Virus record (IMG/VR): IMGVR_UViG_3300041405_000133
Coordinates: 1 to 64,000 of that record
Length of the DNA: 64,000 nucleotides
Reading direction: 5' to 3' (one strand)
Source of the DNA: an uncultured virus (IMG/VR IMGVR_UViG_3300041405_000133)
Lineage: Duplodnaviria > Heunggongvirae > Uroviricota > Caudoviricetes
Position numbers and translations under genes: made by a program. This document shows positions 53,926 through 64,000 of the stretch, piece by piece (the first letter of the stretch is position 1; every line of letters begins with the position of its first letter). The notes below the pieces were generated by a model. That model searched no databases. It worked only from the letters and a program-made list of their open reading frames with translations, and was not told the DNA's origin.

Positions 53926-56900
53926 TTACGTCACAGCGTTAGCACGCGTGTTGTCCAGAGGAGTCCGGCGCGCTGGTTCTGCTTTCGGTGGAGTAGGAGC
54001 GCCAGCTTGAGGAGTCCCACCACCAAGGTTATCCAATTTAGCCAAGATACCGTGAAGTGTGGTGTTAGAGTCCTGGTTGACTTCCAGTAGTTTCTGCATC
54101 ACGCCACTGAGGTCAACATTAGCTGCTTCCTGCGTCTTCATTGCAGATTGTTGCGACGCAGTGGCTGCCGCTGCCGATGCAGACGGTTGAGGGATCATTG
54201 GGGATGGAGTGGTTACAGCGGGAGCGCCTGTACCTGCACCATTACCACCTTTGATCTCAGCGATAGCTTCTGCCGATGTGCTACCAGTAGCAATAGCGCT
54301 AGGAGCCGCGCCACTACCAGCCGCTGAAGAGGATGCTGCCGCTGCCGCATTAGCACTTGCGGTAAGACCACCCGCTGCGGCGACAGCGCCACCTACCGAA
54401 GTAGGACCTTCAGCTTCCTTAGGTTCATCAGCTCCAGCTGCACCACCGGTGCCAGGCGCGGCCGTTGCAGCCGTTGCAGTAGCAGCCATGTCAGCCGCAC
54501 CAACGTCCTTAGCGATACCCGATTGAGTAGTTGTAGACGACTGCCCAGCTTTCTTACGGCCGATATCTACACGACGATCCAGTTCAGCAATCGTTTCACC
54601 AACCGTACGCATCCGCCCGCCTTTATCACGGAATACCGATGCGTTGTTCTTGATAGCGGCAGCACTGGCGTACTGATCAGCCGAAGCGTCACGAGGAGCG
54701 GAGAGGAACTTACGTGCCCCGCCAAGACCCAAGAAGTGAGCAGCGTACAGATCGACGTCAGTTACTTTACCGCCAAGAGTTTTGCTAAGACCGTTGTAGT
54801 TCTCTTTCAGGTAACACATACCCAAGATGGCGTTAGCCCGAGGATCTGTGATCGGCGTATTGGGAGCGATCCCATATGTCGCGCCGTACTTGGTCATCAT
54901 ATCGCCCCAAGTACCTTTAACGAACTGATACAACCCATGCGCAATACCGCTAGACGCATTCGGATCGAATCCGGACTCAACACCAGCTACAGCCGCAGCG
55001 ATCTTAGGATCGAAACCAACCATCTCAGCCGCAGCTGTAATGATCGGACCCATCGCAGCCCAACCTTTACCGCTACCATTAGGGAGCTTGTTGATATCCC
55101 CGCCAGTACCACCACCCGGATGCACGACCTCAGCACCGTACTTGCCAGACATCAGCAATGCACCAGTACCTTGGCCAGCCGGAGCTTGACCCGCTACACC
55201 ACCAGCGACTTGTTGGCCACTGAACACCTTACCCATGTTCGACAGAGTAGGACCGGTTACCCCGATATTTCCACGGTTGCCGTTAGCCGAGGTATTACCC
55301 ATGGCAATGTTGCTCAGCTTAGTGCCATAGTCCTGACCCGCTGTACGCTTCTGAGTTTCCATCCCGTCTACGTTAAGGACCTTGCTCTTATCACCAGTAT
55401 CAATGCCGTCAAGATACAACGTCACTGACCCAGGAAGAGTTTCCAACTCATAACCAACCCAAGGGCTGTTAGTGATGGACCACACACTCACCGAAGACAT
55501 CATGGTGGCTGTAGTAGTCTGGACGGTCTCTTGTAGAACCTCCTTCATCAACACACCCGTAAGGTTACGGGATGCATCTTTCGCAGCGCCATTGAAACGA
55601 CGACGAGACGAGATGCAGTATTGGAGGAAGGTTGGGATGAAACGGTAGTTCAACCACCGCGTAGCATCTTCGTGAGCTTGACCATCAGCAGGCTTGAAGA
55701 TAACCATGACCTTTTGAGCCAGCTCTTCTTGATTGCCGCCAATCATCGCTTTGTCAGTGCCCGAATACTGCACTGCTTCCCAGTAGATGTCTTCCACGGC
55801 TTGGAGCTGCTGAGCTTTATCCAACGACATCTCTTTCAAACCGTACGTCTTGAAACGCACAGCCGTTGGGATATCGAGGTTCTTCTTCGCAGCACTGGCA
55901 ACTCGGTTACCCACCTGAGCAGCTGCACCGAAACCACCTACGATACCAGGAGCGATAGTCAGCCCCTTAGCGATGTCGTTTGGAGCCTGGCCATTAGCAG
56001 CCACACCCAACGTGGTGTTCTTAGCAACCTGAGCGGCTGCACCTGTAGCGATACCACCTGCTACGGCAGCGGCTTTATTCTCAGCCTTCTGTTCCTTACG
56101 ATCACGAACCATCTTGATCGCATCTTCAACGTCATCCGCATCGCAATCGAGATCGCTATCGAATGGAGAAGTATCAGTATCGTCGTAAACCTTCTGCATG
56201 TTAGCAAGGTCAACGATCTGAAGGAATGCAGAGAGGTCACCGTTACCGATACCTTCATCGGCACTCACCAGATCCGTAGTACCACGGATAGACTGCATGG
56301 CAGTACAGTGAGCCAAGAACACTGGCCGGAAGCGAGTAGCGATCCAAGACAACAGGTTGTGCTGTTCTTCAGGACCTTTGGTTGGGAAGAGTTTCAGGAA
56401 TGCGTCAGCGTCAATGGCTTTAGGGTCCATCGAAGCCTTACCATCACGAGTGACAGTTACAGCACCCTTACACAGGCTCTCGAGAGCAAGCACCTGTTTC
56501 ACTCGATCCTCATCGGTAGGAGCCACCCCATACTGCGTCATCCGAAGATAGAGCAGGGGGAACTTCTTCGCCTGAGACGATTTGTAGTAGCGATACCCTA
56601 GATAAGCAATACCACCAACCGCAACCGCACCAAGGATCAACGGCATCCCGAGAACACCAACCACAGCACTACCAGCAGTAGCCAAGGCTCCACCGACAGC
56701 AGTAGCACCGGTCATCAGCGCACCACCTACTGCGGAAGCACCAGCTCCAAGCGTGGCCATGCTTGGTAACATCCCAGCAGCGGCAATAGCACCACGTCCG
56801 AGCCAACCAGCTGCGCGACCCATCGACCCAACGCCTGGGATCTTCTTCAGACCACGACCAACCTTACTGGCGGCGTTACCGATCTTCCCACGGACTCCAC

Positions 56901-59900
56901 GGCCAGACCTGAATCCTTTCTTAGGCCGACCCTTCTTCCCACGTTTACCATCACCACCATCACCACCACCCAGATCAGAAAGATCTGCGGCATCTTCCAG
57001 TAAGCTTGACTCGCCGGCTTCTTCAGTGACTTCAGCAAGGTTATCGAACTTCTTGTCCATGTCCTTGTTCATGGTTTTGATGGCATCTACGATAGCTTCG
57101 CTACCAGCACCACCCTTACCAGCCATCTTGCTTTCTTTCTCTTCCTTCCTACGCTTCAGGATGTCAGCCCACGAGTTGTCCCGGTCACCGTCACCATCGA
57201 CGTCACCGTGAACACCTTCAGGATCGAGCTTGGCCTTCAGGAGGTTGAAGATCTGGCCTTGTACTTTCAGTTGTTCAACACCGATCTCGATAGAGGCAGC
57301 AGCCATCTCCTCATCGAGCATCCCGATACCGCCGTTCTTACCGAACCGCCCAGCCACGAACTTGTAAGCACCACCAACGACTTTGCCAATTCCTTTAGCA
57401 ACGCCTTTGTACATCTTGATAGCAAACTTACCGTACGCCAACGCAGCCTTAGCTGCGAGCTGTGCAGCTTTCACACCGACTTGAGCAAAGCCCTTACCGA
57501 TGGTGAACAGTAGCGAACCATTACGAGTATAGAACGACTTGTACTTATCGATCTCTTCCTGAGAAACGATTTCGTTCATCTCACCCTTCTCGGACATCTC
57601 AAAGACTGGGCCTTTGATTTCCTTGAGGGACATGATTGGGGACCCGTCAGCGTTACGGTACTTACCCTTCTTCATAAGGTTCGAGCGGATACGTGGTTCG
57701 GTGTCGCCTGGGAAGTAAGCATCGAACTGAGTGAATTGGTTGACGGCGAAGTTACTCACCATCTTGATACCTTTCCACATCAAGCCGTACGTACCACCGA
57801 TGTAAGCAGCGCCAAGTTTAGCGGCGATACCACCGGCCTTAGCCCCCAGCTTCAAACCGTAACTCGCGAGGGATTCACCTTTACCGTTGTAGAGCCCTTT
57901 CTCGAACTCTTCTTTGGTAATGATTACGTTCCCTTCCCGGTCTTTAACTTCACCGGTAATGTCCTTGATGGACATGATGGTCTTCTGAGTCGCAACGTCG
58001 AAGTACCACCCCTTCTTAATGCCTTTCGCCAGCAGCGATGGTTCTTCATCACCCATGACGTGAACGTCAGATACACCAAGACCGCTGATGCCTTTGAACG
58101 GAAGCTTAGCTGCACCAAAGCCAGCCTTCGCACCGAACTTACCGACCTTCCACATCGCGCCGTAAGTACCCTTGATGTAACCGAGGATACCTTTACCGGC
58201 GACCGCTGTAGCCTTAGCGCCATGAGCCGCAGCATTACCGATGGAATAGTCTCTCCACCGACGCTTCTTCGGACCATCAGAAGGACCAGTACCACCATCA
58301 CCTGGGACTTCAGTGTCGTCACCCATCGCACCGGACGCTTTGTGCGCCAAGTAATCGAGGAAGCCGTTAGCCGCGCCAGCAGCTGCTACTAATGCATCGA
58401 GGCGTTTGTGCGTCTCTTCATCAGAAGCTTTGAAGAGTTCTGGGAACTCAACGATTGCCTTGATCGACTCCGGCATTACGACGTTGGCTTGAACCTGCGC
58501 TGGAAGCGGAGGGGCGAGGTCAGGACGGTTCTTCTTCGGACGATTCGAGCTGCTGCTCTTACGTGGAGGACGAGGACCTTTACCGTCACCATCTTGATAA
58601 GCACGAAGATCATCATCGTCTTCAAGGTCAACAGAACCTCGCTCACGAATCTGACGCTTCTCTTCTTCAGCCTTCAGACGTTGCAGCTTCTCCTTAGCGG
58701 TTTCCTTCTTGTCCTCTTTCTTAACGATGTCGGTCTCATCACCAGCCAATAGCGCTTGGTAGAGTTCCTTCATCTGGATCGAGTCAGATTGGTTACCGTT
58801 GTATCGGGTCAGCCCAAGCTCACGCCAAGTACGACGACCAGTGGCAGATGTAAGCTCGCCCATTGCCTTACCGAAGTCAGGCAAGCTGTTCGATACGTCG
58901 ATGAACTTATCACGCACGTCGTTGTGGAACGACAGGTTATCCTGGTCACCGATGTGTTGCTTGGTTTCCTTATCCAGTTTGAACTTGTCATGGAAGAAGT
59001 CCATGATTTCGCTCGCGACGGATGGATCTGTCTTATCCCACGTATTCTTCTCGACGTAACGCTCAGCCTTGAAGTCCATGCCTTCTTGAAGGTCGCCAGT
59101 CAACTGCAAGCGCAGAGCACGGCGGGCTTCGCCGGAGAGTTCACCTGCCCCCATCTCACCAAGGATCTCATCCACCATGCCACGTACGTTTGGCAGGTTT
59201 CCTTTAAGTGTGAGCTTGAGGTGCTGACTCTTGAGCGTGGAACGTGAAACCAAACTACCGGTGTGATGACTGAACGCGGTCTCTTCCTGATCTTGACCGG
59301 TCGCCATGGTTTTAACCCAGCGATCGATGGATGCCAAGTGAGCAGGGATGATCTCCACTACCGACTTGTGGAAGATGTTGTCGAACTGCGCAGGCTTATC
59401 GAGATCCATGATCCCGTTGCCATTCACGGTACGAGCAGTCTCGTGCGTATCGATCAGGCCTTTAGCGCCCTCATGAAGTGCCCAATACTTGTTATCGTAA
59501 TCCGTGTCAGACTTAGCGTAGTCGTTAATCCGCTGGAAGATACCACCGAACAGTTGGCGCAACATGTTGTCGCCTTTCTGCACGCCAGCCATCTTGCCCA
59601 ACTTAGGTTTGATCTTCTTCGCTGCCCAGTTACCAGCGTCTTCAGCTTTATCACCTACCCAGTCTGCTGCAAGAGAACCGAGGATGCTACCCGCCATCTG
59701 AGCGCGGTTAACACCCATCTCGGAACCTTCATTCAACGACTGGTTAAACTGAAGACCTTGACCGAGCATGTCGGAGGCATTCTGTTTGATCCCACCGAAG
59801 AACTTCTTCGCAGATCCAGCAACACCCTGCATGGCAGCGCCAGCAAGACGTTGTTTCAATTGTTGCTCGACCAATTCGGTCGTTCTCATCTTCAGGAAGT

Positions 59901-60657
59901 CTGGCAAGCCAGTGTTCTTGAGGATGTCCTTCAGCAACATCTCACTCGTGTGATAGTGCTGTTGGTGAAGCTTTAAGGTACGGATACCGACGTCGAGTTG
60001 ACGATAGCCAATCTCGATGCTCTTCCGATGGTAGTTAACCAGAACAGTGTCCTGATAGCCAACCAGTCGACCGATACCTTTAGCTGTTGCTGTGGAGACT
60101 TTCATCTCCGCAGTAAAGCGTTTCTTCTCGCGAACGTCTTTTACAGCTTCGCGGTAATCGCCTTGCATCTGCTGCTTGGCTTGGAAACCAAGAAGCTTAT
60201 CAATGCCGTCGATGTTCTGAGTAAGTTCATCAGGACCTTCGTCGTGGCGGTACGGTTCGTCTGCTGCGTCAACGGCATCGCGGATGGACCCAGGAATCAA
60301 TCTCCGAAGAGTTGGATTCATCCGGTCCATCTTTTGTTTTGATTTGATCAGGTAAGGATTCAGCTCGGAAGCGTTATCCTTCATGATGTCGGCAATCGTC
60401 GAGTCTAATGCATCGTATGCATCAAAGGCTTGGACGTAGCCTTTACCGACGACTTTCTTGATCATCCGCTTGATGAAGCCGGGATCGGTTAACTTCGATT
60501 TAACGTTGGTCTTAAACGTGTCTTTGAAATGCTCGACAGGTTTGCGACTGTCTTTCATCGAGTCTTCGCCGAAATCCATATCGTCGAAGTTGAGATCATC
60601 GAAGTTCAAGTCGTCTAAGTCGTCCTTCCCTAAATCGAATTCGTCTTTCTTGGCCAT
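53926..60657 (-). CDS. tape-measure-like virion protein with lytic transglycosylase domain (phiKZ gp181 family)
   Basis: 2243 aa. SLT motifs AGVESGFDPNA, GLYQF..GTW, DPRANA, DLYAAHFLG; Gly/Ala-rich hydrophobic segment ending LILGAVAVGGIAYLGY. Confidence 0.9.
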   Translation of the reverse strand: MAKKDEFDLGKDDLDDLNFDDLNFDDMDFGEDSMKDSRKPVEHFKDTFKTNVKSKLTDPGFIKRMIKKVVGKGYVQAFDAYDALDSTIADIMKDNASELNPYLIKSKQKMDRMNPTLRRLIPGSIRDAVDAADEPYRHDEGPDELTQNIDGIDKLLGFQAKQQMQGDYREAVKDVREKKRFTAEMKVSTATAKGIGRLVGYQDTVLVNYHRKSIEIGYRQLDVGIRTLKLHQQHYHTSEMLLKDILKNTGLPDFLKMRTTELVEQQLKQRLAGAAMQGVAGSAKKFFGGIKQNASDMLGQGLQFNQSLNEGSEMGVNRAQMAGSILGSLAADWVGDKAEDAGNWAAKKIKPKLGKMAGVQKGDNMLRQLFGGIFQRINDYAKSDTDYDNKYWALHEGAKGLIDTHETARTVNGNGIMDLDKPAQFDNIFHKSVVEIIPAHLASIDRWVKTMATGQDQEETAFSHHTGSLVSRSTLKSQHLKLTLKGNLPNVRGMVDEILGEMGAGELSGEARRALRLQLTGDLQEGMDFKAERYVEKNTWDKTDPSVASEIMDFFHDKFKLDKETKQHIGDQDNLSFHNDVRDKFIDVSNSLPDFGKAMGELTSATGRRTWRELGLTRYNGNQSDSIQMKELYQALLAGDETDIVKKEDKKETAKEKLQRLKAEEEKRQIRERGSVDLEDDDDLRAYQDGDGKGPRPPRKSSSSNRPKKNRPDLAPPLPAQVQANVVMPESIKAIVEFPELFKASDEETHKRLDALVAAAGAANGFLDYLAHKASGAMGDDTEVPGDGGTGPSDGPKKRRWRDYSIGNAAAHGAKATAVAGKGILGYIKGTYGAMWKVGKFGAKAGFGAAKLPFKGISGLGVSDVHVMGDEEPSLLAKGIKKGWYFDVATQKTIMSIKDITGEVKDREGNVIITKEEFEKGLYNGKGESLASYGLKLGAKAGGIAAKLGAAYIGGTYGLMWKGIKMVSNFAVNQFTQFDAYFPGDTEPRIRSNLMKKGKYRNADGSPIMSLKEIKGPVFEMSEKGEMNEIVSQEEIDKYKSFYTRNGSLLFTIGKGFAQVGVKAAQLAAKAALAYGKFAIKMYKGVAKGIGKVVGGAYKFVAGRFGKNGGIGMLDEEMAAASIEIGVEQLKVQGQIFNLLKAKLDPEGVHGDVDGDGDRDNSWADILKRRKEEKESKMAGKGGAGSEAIVDAIKTMNKDMDKKFDNLAEVTEEAGESSLLEDAADLSDLGGGDGGDGKRGKKGRPKKGFRSGRGVRGKIGNAASKVGRGLKKIPGVGSMGRAAGWLGRGAIAAAGMLPSMATLGAGASAVGGALMTGATAVGGALATAGSAVVGVLGMPLILGAVAVGGIAYLGYRYYKSSQAKKFPLLYLRMTQYGVAPTDEDRVKQVLALESLCKGAVTVTRDGKASMDPKAIDADAFLKLFPTKGPEEQHNLLSWIATRFRPVFLAHCTAMQSIRGTTDLVSADEGIGNGDLSAFLQIVDLANMQKVYDDTDTSPFDSDLDCDADDVEDAIKMVRDRKEQKAENKAAAVAGGIATGAAAQVAKNTTLGVAANGQAPNDIAKGLTIAPGIVGGFGAAAQVGNRVASAAKKNLDIPTAVRFKTYGLKEMSLDKAQQLQAVEDIYWEAVQYSGTDKAMIGGNQEELAQKVMVIFKPADGQAHEDATRWLNYRFIPTFLQYCISSRRRFNGAAKDASRNLTGVLMKEVLQETVQTTTATMMSSVSVWSITNSPWVGYELETLPGSVTLYLDGIDTGDKSKVLNVDGMETQKRTAGQDYGTKLSNIAMGNTSANGNRGNIGVTGPTLSNMGKVFSGQQVAGGVAGQAPAGQGTGALLMSGKYGAEVVHPGGGTGGDINKLPNGSGKGWAAMGPIITAAAEMVGFDPKIAAAVAGVESGFDPNASSGIAHGLYQFVKGTWGDMMTKYGATYGIAPNTPITDPRANAILGMCYLKENYNGLSKTLGGKVTDVDLYAAHFLGLGGARKFLSAPRDASADQYASAAAIKNNASVFRDKGGRMRTVGETIAELDRRVDIGRKKAGQSSTTTQSGIAKDVGAADMAATATAATAAPGTGGAAGADEPKEAEGPTSVGGAVAAAGGLTASANAAAAASSSAAGSGAAPSAIATGSTSAEAIAEIKGGNGAGTGAPAVTTPSPMIPQPSASAAAATASQQSAMKTQEAANVDLSGVMQKLLEVNQDSNTTLHGILAKLDNLGGGTPQAGAPTPPKAEPARRTPLDNTRANAVT

Positions 60658-60722
60658 AAATCCGTCTCTCTATAAGGGAGGCAATCGTTCATACAACTTT
60701 GTTTCTAAATGAGGTGAGCGTC

Positions 60723-62393
60723 TTGAAACCTGACATGCTACCCGCGTTGCTCTGGATTCTGCATGCCTCGGATGCAGACCTTAAGCACATCGCTCCAATT
60801 ACACGACTTGACATCACCGAGGGCGCTACTAGCGACTTCCACGATGACGGTCTTTATTCCACTCGAATCTTCGGGATGGTTGGTTCTACCGAACGTGATG
60901 AGATTTACGGCAAGATTGATCTTAAAGTAAACATCATCCACCCCAAGGTCTATCGTGACTTGGTAGGTCAGCGTGATCTGTACAAGACTATTCTTGACGG
61001 CACCCGCATGGCTAAGTTCGACGAGGCTGAAGGTGACTTCGTTGCGAGCATTGATGAGGATGCTGAAACTGGCTTCTCGTTCTTCATGCGCTACCTCGAC
61101 AAGATCCAGCTGAAGACTAACAAATCTCCAGCGCGTAACGAGCGGATCAAGTTCCTTGAGAAGTGGCGTCACCGATGGTTGATGAAGAACCTCATCGTTA
61201 TGCCTGCTGGTTTGCGTGACGTGGAGATGGGTGAAGATGGTCGCGTGACTAAACACGAGATCAACGAGTATTACTTCAAAGCGATTTCCATCACCAACAC
61301 GATTACCCGCTCAAGCGACATGGAGTCGTCGGCGTACGATCAGGCACGTCTTTCCCTGACCTTGATCATCAACGAGCTGTACAAGTATCTGGAGCGCTTC
61401 CAGGGCGGTAAAGATGGCTTCCTTAAAGATAAGTGGGCATCCCGCCGTGTACGTGAAGGTACTCGTAACGTATTGACCTCCATGAACACCACCGGTGTCA
61501 GTTTGGACTCCCCTAACGTACCGAGCTTTGACAGTACGGTGTTGGGTGTTTACCAGACAGCAGTGGGTCTTGCGCCGTTGGTCATACACTGGCTCCGCAC
61601 AGGATTCCTGTCGAAGGTCATGGCGGCTGGTGAAGGTGACGTTTCTCTGGTCGATCCGAAGACTCTCAAACGTACGTGGGTTTCCCTCTCGGCGTATGAG
61701 CGTGACCGTTGGATTACTGAAGATGGTCAGCGTGATGTCATCAACCACTTGATCGATAACGAAGCTCGTGGTCGTCCTATCATGATCAACGGCTGCTATC
61801 TGTCGTTGGTTTATCTGGGCGAGGATACCTTCAAGGTGTTCGATTCCATCGATGAGCTGCCGGCAGGCTTTGATAAAGCCAATGTCCACCCAATGACGTT
61901 GATCGAACTGATCTACCTCTGCGGATATTCCAAGTGGAGCAAGTACTTCACGGACATCGTTCGTTATCCGGTTACCGGCGATGACTCGACTTACCCGTCC
62001 CGCATCTACGTTAAGTCCACATCTGTTGGCGAAGTTCGCTGGGAGTTGGATGAGAACTGGGAGAAGCAGACTGGCGATGAGTTCATGGCCGTTGAGTATC
62101 CGAAGTTCGGCTTGACCACGTATCACGATTCTGAATCACCGCACCCAAGCCGTCTTAGCGGCCTCGGCGCTGACTTTGACGGTGACACCGGTTCGTCCAC
62201 CAAAGTCATGATGAAAGAATCGCTCGAAGAAACTGAGCGGTATCTCGGAACACGCGCTGCATGGGTGAAGCCTTCTGGCGCTCCTCGTGCGTCTGTTGTT
62301 TACGATACCTCCGAATTGGTCATTCGTAACCTGACCAGTCGATTCAATCATGTCGTTCAGAACGCTGACACTATTCGTAGGTCGGTTGACTGA
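60723..62393 (+). CDS. virion RNA polymerase beta' subunit, N-terminal part with catalytic motif (phiKZ gp180 family)
   Basis: DGLYSTRIFG, GKIDL..IIHP, VMPAGLRD, GGKDG, RYP, GADFDGD. Probable TTG start at 60723 after SD GAGGTG. Confidence 0.9.
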   Translation: MKPDMLPALLWILHASDADLKHIAPITRLDITEGATSDFHDDGLYSTRIFGMVGSTERDEIYGKIDLKVNIIHPKVYRDLVGQRDLYKTILDGTRMAKFDEAEGDFVASIDEDAETGFSFFMRYLDKIQLKTNKSPARNERIKFLEKWRHRWLMKNLIVMPAGLRDVEMGEDGRVTKHEINEYYFKAISITNTITRSSDMESSAYDQARLSLTLIINELYKYLERFQGGKDGFLKDKWASRRVREGTRNVLTSMNTTGVSLDSPNVPSFDSTVLGVYQTAVGLAPLVIHWLRTGFLSKVMAAGEGDVSLVDPKTLKRTWVSLSAYERDRWITEDGQRDVINHLIDNEARGRPIMINGCYLSLVYLGEDTFKVFDSIDELPAGFDKANVHPMTLIELIYLCGYSKWSKYFTDIVRYPVTGDDSTYPSRIYVKSTSVGEVRWELDENWEKQTGDEFMAVEYPKFGLTTYHDSESPHPSRLSGLGADFDGDTGSSTKVMMKESLEETERYLGTRAAWVKPSGAPRASVVYDTSELVIRNLTSRFNHVVQNADTIRRSVD

Positions 62394-62413
62394 TCCACGG
62401 GGATATCTCAATC

Positions 62414-64000
62414 ATGTCTGAAATGTTAAATCTCGACGCATACGTCAGACAGTTCAGTTTGTGGCGGCAATCGGAGATCAATGCTCCTAAGTTGTATCCG
62501 ATTGCCAAACTCTGTCTGCCAAAGTTGTCGATCCTGCATTACGCCAACGTTGACGGTGTGTCCGTAGGTCCTCAAGCGTCTGACCAGATCTTCTTGACTC
62601 GTCAGGCGCTCCTGTACATCGATCACATGCGTCGCTATGTCGATCCAATTGGGAACCCTGTGAAGACCCTCAGCAACGTCGAGGGTATGATCACTGAGTA
62701 CCGCCGCCGGAACCGAGCGTTTCGTCCCATGCGTAAGCTGGAGCGCTTAGAGACTGATAAACAGTCGCTGATCGTCTTCAACTATTCCATGCTGGCGCAC
62801 ATCGTCAAGTATTCGGCATCGTTCCGCGCATCGTACTTCATGTGGTACAACATCTACCACGAAGTTATTCTGAACATGAACCATTTGGCGAAGGTTAGTA
62901 ATCGCCAACAGTTCATCGAGGTTGACCTCCCTGATGTCATCCCTCCTCTCGCTGCATTGCGTGAGTATTCGAATAACCTTACCGCTCAGACGTTGGCTAA
63001 GTTCCGCACACCTGAAGCTAAGCTCTTGGCTGATCTCTTCATGTGGGCTGGTCCTGAACGCTCCAAGAGTCTGTTCGGTAAACTGGAGTACGACAACCTC
63101 AGCAAGATCAACCTGATCGTTCGTCGTTTGAACGGCTGGGTGGTGATCAACCTCGGATGGTTGGATTCATTCCGTTCTGAGAAGAACCTTCCTGCGGACA
63201 CAGATCCAAAGGAAAAGAAGCAGCGTGAGAAAGGTGAAGAACCAAAGACCTTTGCTCTGCGCTTCCTGAAGCTCATGACCACGATCCACCAAGGCACTAC
63301 TCCTATCGCCACCGAAACTGGCGACGCTGTATTGGAAGAGCCTCTGGTTGAAGTTAACCCAGATGACGCGAAGATCGACTCGCAAGACTTCGACCTCGAA
63401 GACGACCTGACCGCCCTGGGTGATTCCAATCAGCTGATGGACGACGACGTTGAACTCTCCAAGCTTGAGAAAGAACTGGAAGAGCTCGACAAGCTGAAGG
63501 ACATGTACGCCACTTCCGAACAAGTCGACGAAGAAGGTGACCTGATTGAACAGAAGGTTATCAACGTTGACCTCATGGCCCAGAAAGCAGGCGTCGCCAA
63601 AGAAGGCGAGGCAATGCTCAACAAGGCCGATGAGCTGTACGGCAAGGGGTTGCTTACCCAAGGTGAGTATCGTCGCTTAGAGCGCCTCTCAACCGTCTAC
63701 GAGACACTCCCTAACCCCTACGGTGGTGAAGGTAGCTTCGTTGACGCGATGAAGATCACTCGTGAAGACGTTTTGGTCGATCCTAAGGAGTTGACCAACG
63801 ATTCCGTGGTGACTGATAAGTCGCTGGCATTTAGCCGTGTGGATGCTGTTGATCAGAAGTACATCAAGTCTGTACTGAAGAAAGACATCATGCGTGCTGT
63901 GTCTTCGATGCAGAAAGGCGCCGTAGCGATTACGAGTTACGTGGTTGATCGTAAGATCGATGCCGTGAACGATCGTGAGATGCACATCGTCAAGTTTGCG
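62414..64000 (+). CDS. virion RNA polymerase beta subunit, large N-terminal part (phiKZ gp178 family), truncated by window end
   Basis: ATG at 62414 after SD GGGGA; MSEMLNLDAYVRQFSLWR..LPKLSILHY.. appears open to the window end, so it is absent from the ORF track. Identity inferred mainly from its position next to the gp180 homolog. Confidence 0.7.
   Translation, partial: MSEMLNLDAYVRQFSLWRQSEINAPKLYPIAKLCLPKLSILHYANVDGVSVGPQASDQIFLTRQALLYIDHMRRYVDPIGNPVKTLSNVEGMITEYRRRNRAFRPMRKLERLETDKQSLIVFNYSMLAHIVKYSASFRASYFMWYNIYHEVILNMNHLAKVSNRQQFIEVDLPDVIPPLAALREYSNNLTAQTLAKFRTPEAKLLADLFMWAGPERSKSLFGKLEYDNLSKINLIVRRLNGWVVINLGWLDSFRSEKNLPADTDPKEKKQREKGEEPKTFALRFLKLMTTIHQGTTPIATETGDAVLEEPLVEVNPDDAKIDSQDFDLEDDLTALGDSNQLMDDDVELSKLEKELEELDKLKDMYATSEQVDEEGDLIEQKVINVDLMAQKAGVAKEGEAMLNKADELYGKGLLTQGEYRRLERLSTVYETLPNPYGGEGSFVDAMKITREDVLVDPKELTNDSVVTDKSLAFSRVDAVDQKYIKSVLKKDIMRAVSSMQKGAVAITSYVVDRKIDAVNDREMHIVKFA

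Noticed and set aside
2808..60693. Individual TATG late promoters (for example 2808, 33768 CATATG, 45059, 50819, 60690 on -)
   Set aside because: Positions are plausible, but a 4-mer occurs too often by chance to call without TSS data.
60723..62393. Bacterial rpoC/rpoB locus (host chromosome or prophage)
   Set aside because: The subunits are split, highly diverged and interspersed with virion genes. No ribosomal-protein genes, integrase or host genes are present.
62394..62413. Intron or homing endonuclease between the virion RNAP genes (phiKZ has an HNH gene in this region)
   Set aside because: Only 20 nt containing an SD separate the two genes, and the beta' ORF is continuous through DFDGD.
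1..64000. Stop-codon reassignment
   Set aside because: Long genes are intact in the standard code, and TAA, TGA and TAG all end ORFs (TAG at 6487 and 35047).

Overview
This window is a 64-kb piece of a lytic phiKZ-like (Chimalliviridae-type) jumbo phage genome, probably infecting Pseudomonas, and is not host chromosome. Phage hallmarks are a ~730-aa major capsid protein, a portal protein, a ~2240-aa tape-measure/lytic transglycosylase, a spike plus PAAR tip, and many virion genes. It carries four split multisubunit RNA polymerase subunits: one non-virion beta N-half, and the virion beta N-half, beta C-terminal piece and the beta' piece with DFDGD. Replication and recombination genes are DnaB-like, UvsX, SbcC-like, RNase H and RuvC. 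Lysis genes are dispersed (a modular endolysin and a probable spanin pair). Homology calls come from motif recognition and remembered phiKZ gene families, not from database searches. The most interesting signals are: (1) two classes of terminator-like hairpin, hairpin+TATG(C/T) without a U-tract and hairpin+ACTTC-T8/9, which appear to sort by late versus early transcription unit and show compensatory base changes; (2) a tandemly duplicated four-gene tail-fibre cassette; (3) a T4 gp30.3/YbiA-like NADAR gene and a CYTH gene preceded by a structured leader; (4) an SD-hairpin-AUG split ribosome-binding site on ruvC; (5) a palindrome-rich capsid leader; (6) a CTAG-rich multi-hairpin intergenic element after the portal gene. 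No tRNA, rRNA, CRISPR array, integrase or transposase was seen.
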